Below are positions 26,341 to 32,000 of a DNA stretch of 32,000 nucleotides, in pieces; position 1 is the stretch's first letter, and every line of letters begins with the position of its first letter. Origin of the DNA: Nostoc sp. S4 (GTDB lineage: Bacteria; Cyanobacteriota; Cyanobacteriia; Cyanobacteriales; Nostocaceae); the NCBI GenBank assembly GCA_029379225.1, contig JAQYWR010000036.1:1132-33131 (forward strand), given 5' to 3'. The notes beneath the pieces were generated by a model. The model was given only the letters and a program-made list of their open reading frames with translations. It was not told the DNA's origin and did not search any database. The position numbers were made by a program, and so were the translations under genes.

Positions 26341-27033
26341 ATGTTCTTTCACAAAAAAGATCCTATTCACGTAGTAAATGTTAACGAAGCAAACCCTCGT
26401 TTCGCTCAATTACTTCTAGAGCAGTTTGGCGGAGCTACTGGAGAACTAAGTGCAGCATTGCAATATTGGGTTCAATCGTTCCATGTAGAAAATGCTGGAA
26501 TTAAAGACATGCTCCAAGATATTGCAATCGAGGAGTTTGGGCATTTAGAAATGGTTGGTAAACTGATTGAAGCTCATACAAAAAATACCGATCAAACAGA
26601 CGCATATAAGAGTACTCTCTTTGCAGTCCGAGGCATAGGGCCTCATTTTCTCGATAGTCAAGGAAATGCTTGGAGTGCAAATTACTTGAATGAGGGTGGA
26701 GATGTAGTACGTGATTTGAGAGCTAATATTGCAGCGGAAGCTGGCGCTCGTCAAACTTATGAAGCGTTGATTAAATTAGCAACTGACGAAGGAACTAAAG
26801 AAACTTTAGTCCACCTTTTAACACGGGAAATCTCACACACCCAGATGTTTATGAAAGCTCTAGATTCACTGGGTAAGTTAACAGATCCATTCTTTGGTAA
26901 TATTAAACCAGATGATACTGTTGCTCTTTACTACAACCTGTCTACAAACGGTAATGGTAAAGATGAGCGTGGTCCTTGGAATTCTGAGCCAACATTCAAA
27001 TACATTGCTAATCCATTAGAAAGTCACTCTTAA
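26341..27033 (+). CDS. Manganese catalase family protein
   Basis: ANPRFAQLLLEQFGGATGELSAALQYWVQSFH .. IAIEEFGHLEMVGKLI .. AAEAGARQTYE .. EISHTQMF is the di-Mn catalase signature. Length is 230 aa. Confidence 0.9.
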   Translation: MFFHKKDPIHVVNVNEANPRFAQLLLEQFGGATGELSAALQYWVQSFHVENAGIKDMLQDIAIEEFGHLEMVGKLIEAHTKNTDQTDAYKSTLFAVRGIGPHFLDSQGNAWSANYLNEGGDVVRDLRANIAAEAGARQTYEALIKLATDEGTKETLVHLLTREISHTQMFMKALDSLGKLTDPFFGNIKPDDTVALYYNLSTNGNGKDERGPWNSEPTFKYIANPLESHS

Positions 27034-27158
27034 TTCCATAGGTTGCAGTCAAATTATAAGTTAATTTCCAGCAAAGATTTCTTGGCAGATTCTTAGAAAC
27101 TTGGAAAGATTGCCGAGTGATATTGCTGATGTTAATTTGAATCCGACACACACACCAT

Positions 27159-27185
27159 AGGGGCGCACAAATGTGCGCCTTTATT
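27159..27185 (+). terminator. Rho-independent terminator after the Mn catalase gene
   Basis: The stem aggggcgcac / gtgcgccttt (core ggcgcac / gtgcgcc) has a short loop and is followed by ttattaatt. It belongs to the same hairpin family as 9371-9398. Confidence 0.6.
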
Positions 27186-27485
27186 AATTGCTATAAATAT
27201 TAAGTCACACATGATGTTATAAATGTAAACTACAAAGATTAGTGGTATAGCTATCATACTAAATCAGTGAACTTAAAAGGCAAAACGCATTTTGGAGGTG
27301 TTAGCATTGCAAAAAATATAGCTTTAGTCACACCCTTGTTGTTCTACCTATGTTTTAAAATGTGGGTTGCCCACACCCTACACCCTACCCCCTTTGAACT
27401 CCTGCCTTCTGCTAGAAATCAGACATCCTCTAGTTTTAAAGCAAATGTTAAAGTTATCAAAGATAACTAAAATCAAGGAGCTTCT

Positions 27486-29378
27486 GTGAATAGTTCATCA
27501 AAAAATAATCTAGTAAATTTACTATTAACTGATAGCTTGGCAGAGGCTAGACAGCAATATAAATACAACTATATTCATATTCCACCAATTGCGATGGTGG
27601 ATGAGCTTCCGGTTGCGGAACAGTTCTCTACTAACTGGCTGTTTCTGCTGGCGCAAGAATTACGCATACTTTTTGTTAATACCTTAATTGTAAATCGGGG
27701 AAATCAAGGTTCTCCCTCAGTGCGGGATGATGTCAAAAAATTTATTCTAGAAGCCTTAATCAAAGGAGCCATACCTTTCAAGCTGAGTGTTATTGTCAAA
27801 CTTCTACAAATAGTTCCCCAATTTTTTATTAAAAGCTTATCTAAGGATCTAAGAGAAATTGATGATTTATTGTATTCATTACTAAGAGAAAGTGGACTAT
27901 CAATTTTTGAAGATGCTCTGGATCAAGTTTTGAACCTATTGTATAAAGATCAGCCATTAGGCCATGTCACGAGTTTAAAAGATTACGAAAAATTACTGCC
28001 AGAAATTCCGCTACCAATGATCGCCAGCACATATGAGCAAGATGAAGTATTCGCCTATATGCAGGTAGCAGGCTTCAATCCGTTGATGATCGAGCGAGTG
28101 ATAAGTTTAAGCGATCGCTTCCCTGTCACAGGTGAAGATTATCAAGCTGTCATGGGGAGTGAAGACTGCTTAAGTGCAGCAGGTGAAGAAGGCAGACTCT
28201 ATCTTGCAGATTATAGAATTTTAGAAGGTGCAATTAACGGTACTTATCCACACGAGCAAAAGTATCTTTATGCTCCCTTGGCATTGTTCGCCTTACCCAG
28301 AGGCTCCCAAGCAAACCGTCTACTACGCCCTATAGCTATTCAATGCGGTCAAACTCCAGGCCCAGATTACCCCATCATTAGCCCTAGCTCTGGCAAATAT
28401 GCTTGGTTATTTGCCAAAACAATTGTTCAGATAGCAGATGCAAACTTCCATGAAGCTGTTAGCCACTTAGGCCGAACTCACTTGTTTGTCGGCCCTTTTG
28501 TGATGGCAACCTATCGACAACTACCAATTAATCATCCTCTGCGAATTTTATTACATCCCCATTTTGAGGGAACTTTAGCAATCAACGATGCTGCACAACG
28601 GGTTTTGATTGCTGCGGGCGGTGGAGTTGACAGACTACTTTCATCAAGTATTGATAACTCTAGGGTTTTAGCGGTGCGTGGACTGCAAAGCTATGGGTTT
28701 AATGACGCCATGTTACCAAAACAATTCCAACAACGTGGTGTAGACGATGTCAATTTGTTACCAGTTTATCCTTATCGGGATGATGCATTGCTAGTGTGGC
28801 AGGCTATTTATCAGTGGGTATCGGATTATCTCAAACTTTACTACTTTAACGACAATGACATTAAACAAGATATAGCACTACAAGCCTGGGCAGCCGAAGC
28901 ACAAGCTGATGATGGCGGACGTGTCCTGGATTTTGGTGAGAATGGTGGAATTGAGACGTTTGACTACTTAGTTGATGCTGTTACTCTGATTATCTTTACT
29001 GCTAGTGCCCAACATGGAGCAGTCAACTTTCCCCAAAAGGACTTGATGAGTTATGCTCCAGCATTACCATTAGCTGGTTACTTGCCAGCTTCAAAGCTCA
29101 AAACTCAAGTGACCGAGCAAGATTATTTAAATTTACTTCCACCTTTAGATCAAGCACAAAGGCAACTAAACCTTTTATCCTTACTGGGGTCTGTCTATTA
29201 CAACAGGCTAGGTGATTACCCAAAAGGATACTTTACAAATCCACAGGTAGAACCTTTGTTACAAGCTTTTCAGGAAAATCTGCAACAGGTTGAAGATACT
29301 ATCAATCAACGTAACTTGCACCGCCCGCCCTATGAGTATCTTCTACCTTCAAGAATCCCCCAAAGCATTAACATTTAA
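27486..29378 (+). CDS. Lipoxygenase (bacterial/cyanobacterial type, 630 aa)
   Basis: Iron ligand motifs are present: FHEAVSHLGRTH (H322, H327), SAQHGAVNF (H510, N514) and a C-terminal Ile (PQSINI). WLFAKT also matches the LOX consensus WLLAK. The GTG start sits 5 nt after AAGGAG (27475-27480). Confidence 0.9.
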   Translation: MNSSSKNNLVNLLLTDSLAEARQQYKYNYIHIPPIAMVDELPVAEQFSTNWLFLLAQELRILFVNTLIVNRGNQGSPSVRDDVKKFILEALIKGAIPFKLSVIVKLLQIVPQFFIKSLSKDLREIDDLLYSLLRESGLSIFEDALDQVLNLLYKDQPLGHVTSLKDYEKLLPEIPLPMIASTYEQDEVFAYMQVAGFNPLMIERVISLSDRFPVTGEDYQAVMGSEDCLSAAGEEGRLYLADYRILEGAINGTYPHEQKYLYAPLALFALPRGSQANRLLRPIAIQCGQTPGPDYPIISPSSGKYAWLFAKTIVQIADANFHEAVSHLGRTHLFVGPFVMATYRQLPINHPLRILLHPHFEGTLAINDAAQRVLIAAGGGVDRLLSSSIDNSRVLAVRGLQSYGFNDAMLPKQFQQRGVDDVNLLPVYPYRDDALLVWQAIYQWVSDYLKLYYFNDNDIKQDIALQAWAAEAQADDGGRVLDFGENGGIETFDYLVDAVTLIIFTASAQHGAVNFPQKDLMSYAPALPLAGYLPASKLKTQVTEQDYLNLLPPLDQAQRQLNLLSLLGSVYYNRLGDYPKGYFTNPQVEPLLQAFQENLQQVEDTINQRNLHRPPYEYLLPSRIPQSINI

Positions 29379-29396
29379 CTTAACCTTTTCAAAACT

Positions 29397-30746
29397 ATGG
29401 AACTCAAAAATAAAGTTCTCAAAAACCACGCTCGCCAGATCGAACTGTCCTACCGTCTTGCCAAAGTGGGTTATAACACAGCAATTGGCAAGCTGCTGCG
29501 CTTGCGTGCTTATTATAGCGATGCCTTAATTATGCTCAAAGCATGGAGAGACTTTCTCTATATCCGCCGAGATAATATTGGGGACAAATTTTTTGCGGTA
29601 GACCATGCAATTATGCACACATCTCATACCCAAGTTAAGGAACTGATGCACATCCAGCCGCAACTCCGGGGAAATGATTTAGGTATTATCAGAATTTTAG
29701 CTCCTAGTTACTTACTCAATAATCCCCTCAGTTTGGGAACAAACGGGAATGAACATACAGGTGTTCGTGCTGTATTATTGCAAGCCATACCAGATCCATC
29801 TGCACAAGTAGAAGTTTTATCGCATCTCATAAATCAATGTCTATCAAAAGCAGCCAAGCAGGGACAACTGCATATCGGTAACGATTTGCCAAAAATAATA
29901 CTGGAGATTCTGCACCAAATTATTCTTCAAGTATCATTAACTGAAGAAGAACTTAACGCATCAATTAATTATAATAAAAGTTTACCTCTGGCATCTCTAC
30001 CTAATTTCATCAGCAAATATCTACTAGCATTTAAAACAGCACCGAACATTAAACATCGTAAATCTTTAATTGAGAAATATAAACAATCTCCTAAATGGAC
30101 ATTCTACTGGGAAATAGGACAAAAATATCAGTTAAATGAACACCAAATAGCTAACAGTATTTTCGATATGATTCATATTGCTGGAACTGCTGGTACAAGT
30201 GCGCTGTTAGGCTCGGTAATTGGTATTTTGTGCTTAGAAAATGCTCTAAAAAATGATGTAGTATCCGAGATGAATTTACTCTGGAATGAACTGGAAACTC
30301 CTAATAAATATGCTCTTGAAGAATCCCATCTCCTTAATAAAGTAATTTTGGAAACTGCAAGGCTATATCCACCTGTAAGATTTGTTAGCCAACTTACTAC
30401 TAACTCCGGTGAAGTTGAAATAGGGGGACAAAAATGCCCATTCCAAGCAGGAACTCGTTTACTTGGCTCTATTTTTACAGCAAATCGAGATGTCCATAGA
30501 TATGAAAATCCAGATAATTTTGATATCACGCGAGATTTTACTGATATCTTATCTTGGAATGGTGAAGGTCATGAGCGGGTTTGTCCTGGGAGAAATTTGT
30601 CAGTTGGCTTCATTAAAATTTTCTGTTTTTATCTTTTTAAGAAATATAGATGGGATTCATTTACAGAAGTGAAATGGGATTTATCAAATGTAACTTCCGT
30701 TACTCCGAATAACTTATCGCTACAAGGATTTTCTCAACAATCATGA
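29397..30746 (+). CDS. Cytochrome P450, atypical (I-helix acid-alcohol pair absent)
   Basis: EXXR is present (ETAR, then LYPP), with a PERF-like NFDITRDF and the heme-thiolate loop NGEGHERVCPGRN (Cys codon 30582-30584). The I-helix reads IAGTAGTS (30180-30197) instead of AGx(D/E)T(T/S). The start lies 18 nt after the LOX stop. Confidence 0.85.
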   Translation: MELKNKVLKNHARQIELSYRLAKVGYNTAIGKLLRLRAYYSDALIMLKAWRDFLYIRRDNIGDKFFAVDHAIMHTSHTQVKELMHIQPQLRGNDLGIIRILAPSYLLNNPLSLGTNGNEHTGVRAVLLQAIPDPSAQVEVLSHLINQCLSKAAKQGQLHIGNDLPKIILEILHQIILQVSLTEEELNASINYNKSLPLASLPNFISKYLLAFKTAPNIKHRKSLIEKYKQSPKWTFYWEIGQKYQLNEHQIANSIFDMIHIAGTAGTSALLGSVIGILCLENALKNDVVSEMNLLWNELETPNKYALEESHLLNKVILETARLYPPVRFVSQLTTNSGEVEIGGQKCPFQAGTRLLGSIFTANRDVHRYENPDNFDITRDFTDILSWNGEGHERVCPGRNLSVGFIKIFCFYLFKKYRWDSFTEVKWDLSNVTSVTPNNLSLQGFSQQS

Positions 30747-31324
30747 CTAAAATAATTGAGAAAAAACAACTCGACAATATTGCTACCTGGATGATACCCA
30801 TTAAAGAAACGAACTTACCAAATGTCCTCAAAGGCGTGTTCTTTATGGATGGTAATCCACTTCCAGAAGATTGCCTCACAATGTACAACTTAGAATGGGA
30901 TATTCACAAACGCACCCTAGTTCTACCTGTCTCTGCTCCTTTGCAGTGGACTTTTCACAGCACAATTTATGGATGGTTATTACTTCGTTCAGTACAATTA
31001 ACTCGACTTAGTTACAAAATAGAGTTTATAGATGAAAGTTTACAACATGGGCAAATTCTAGCTTTTATTTTAGGGGTGCAAGTTCCTAAATGGGTGGTAG
31101 ATGCTACTATACACCAAGAAGAAAATTCTCAAGATATTTGGCAACGTAAAAACCTTTGGTTTGGAGGAATTTTACGGCTTGGGGAGTATACCTTACGTAA
31201 AATTGTAGATGAAAATGGTAATTACACTCCTGCTTTTGAGCCAATGCTGGCCAAGGTTCAAAGTGAGTGTCTAGTAATTACCAGAGGCGTAAATTGTAAA
31301 CATAAAAAAGAGCCAGAGATTTAG
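30743..31324 (+). CDS. Hypothetical 193-aa protein, translationally coupled to the P450 gene
   Basis: Its ATG overlaps the P450 TGA as ATGA (30743-30746). It has no TM segment and no motif I can assign. A stem-loop (31310-31335) spans its stop codon. Confidence 0.6.
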   Translation: MTKIIEKKQLDNIATWMIPIKETNLPNVLKGVFFMDGNPLPEDCLTMYNLEWDIHKRTLVLPVSAPLQWTFHSTIYGWLLLRSVQLTRLSYKIEFIDESLQHGQILAFILGVQVPKWVVDATIHQEENSQDIWQRKNLWFGGILRLGEYTLRKIVDENGNYTPAFEPMLAKVQSECLVITRGVNCKHKKEPEI

Positions 31325-31385
31325 TTATCTGGCTCAAAGCCGGAGACAAAATAATGATTGAATAAGGGCTAAGTTGGGTAAGAGC

Positions 31386-31646
31386 CTAAATTCTGCCCAG
31401 GTTATGCAACCCCAAAATAGTGCCTACTCCTAAGATATGACCAAAGGCAGTACTTGCTAATAAAGCAGGTAAACCGAAACCACCAAAGAAATTGTTTGAT
31501 GGTAGTGCTGGTTCTGCATTGGGATACTTGATAGTAGATTTAGCAAAGGCAATGGCAATTATGTTGGCGATAATCATAATCAGTCCAACTACAGGACTCC
31601 ATTGCAGGGGTGCGGTTGCAGCAGCAAGTAATGTTGAAGTAAACAC
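31386..31646 (-). CDS. psaK: Photosystem I reaction centre subunit PsaK
   Basis: FTSTLLAAATAPLQWSPVVGLIMIIANIIAIAF..KYPNAEPALPS..FFGGFGLPALLASTAFGHILGVGTILGLHNLGRI matches PsaK along its full length. The start is the GTG at 31646. Confidence 0.9.
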   Translation of the reverse strand: MFTSTLLAAATAPLQWSPVVGLIMIIANIIAIAFAKSTIKYPNAEPALPSNNFFGGFGLPALLASTAFGHILGVGTILGLHNLGRI

Positions 31647-32000
31647 CTGATTTGCTCCCGAAATTTATTAATGATTGAAAATATAATCTGAAAATTTCCG
31701 AAGCCAATTCAAGAAAATGCCTAATTTTGCATCAATATTTAACAGTTATTCTCATTACTTAATATAATTAGCCTCTGATTACTGCTTTTTGTCGTTAAAG
31801 TTTGATAAACGCTAAAATATTGAATAGTACATTTGAACGACTTTAATCAATTAACTTTCACATTCAGTAGAGTATGCAAACACTCTAGCTTTTAGAAAAT
31901 AATCAAAAAGACTATAATGCATTTCCTTTAGATGATAAATATCGTTGCATCAAACGACACATAAATTTCACACTTATTTTTCACTTACGTAATAGCGGAA

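Noticed and set aside
26341-27033. Mn catalase as the first gene of the LOX-P450 operon (by analogy with catalase-related LOX partners)
   Set aside because: It is a di-manganese catalase, not a haem catalase-related enzyme. It is followed by a good terminator hairpin (27159-27185) and a gap of about 450 bp before the LOX start. The linkage may still be functional, but it is not supported as an operon.
27267-27470. 67-aa ORF just upstream of the lipoxygenase gene
   Set aside because: It starts at a non-ATG codon without an RBS, runs through a CACCCTA-type heptamer repeat (about 27373-27392), and has an odd composition. It is most likely non-coding leader or promoter DNA.
26200-30888. Small ORFs 26200-26409, 26545-26754, 29290-29529, 30173-30529, 30463-30672 and 30700-30888
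   Set aside because: All overlap the Mn catalase, LOX, P450 or 193-aa genes in other frames or strands, and none has independent support.
1-32000. tRNA, rRNA, tmRNA, RNase P RNA, known cyanobacterial sRNAs (Yfr1-type motif) and NtcA boxes (GTA-N8-TAC)
   Set aside because: By-eye scanning found no T-loop/GTTCGAATC-type motif, no rRNA-like conserved block, no ACTCCTCACAC motif and no convincing GTA-N8-TAC site in the intergenic regions. A covariance-model scan would be needed to be certain.

Overview
The window looks like chromosomal DNA from a filamentous, probably heterocyst-forming cyanobacterium (Nostocales-like). Evidence: frequent HIP1 octamers GCGATCGC (e.g. 1939-1946), STRR-type heptamer tracts, many small dispersed hairpin repeats, and the gene content (psaK, acsF, long four-ACT aspartokinase, glgX). 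I support about 25 protein genes. In order they are: a GT-C glycosyltransferase, a glycerophosphodiester phosphodiesterase, a small Rieske protein, glgX, and a stress-type block with an acidic protein, a DUF2267-like remnant, a DJ-1/PfpI fusion and a small secreted protein. Next come a secreted esterase and an MprF-like membrane protein. An accessory island at about 11.5-16.7 kb follows: an NLR-like NB-ARC/TPR STAND ATPase whose N-terminal helical domain is cut off by a single in-frame TGA, a phased 21-bp tandem array, hicBA flanked by 38-bp direct repeats, a Uma2 endonuclease and two small divergent genes. After that come lysC, a TPR-linked predicted pseudokinase, a divergent low-oxygen-type tetrapyrrole cluster (acsF / heme oxygenase / hemN), a decayed GlsB/YeaQ-type pseudogene and a Mn catalase. 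A tightly coupled three-gene operon follows (lipoxygenase, atypical cytochrome P450, orphan 193-aa protein), and the window ends with psaK. The two best candidates for something undescribed are the LOX-P450-orphan operon (a putative hydroperoxide-processing oxylipin pathway with a P450 partner) and the stop-interrupted NLR-like locus with its neighbouring repeats and toxin-antitoxin module. I found no rRNA, tRNA or CRISPR array. All family assignments rest on motifs read by eye; no database search was run.
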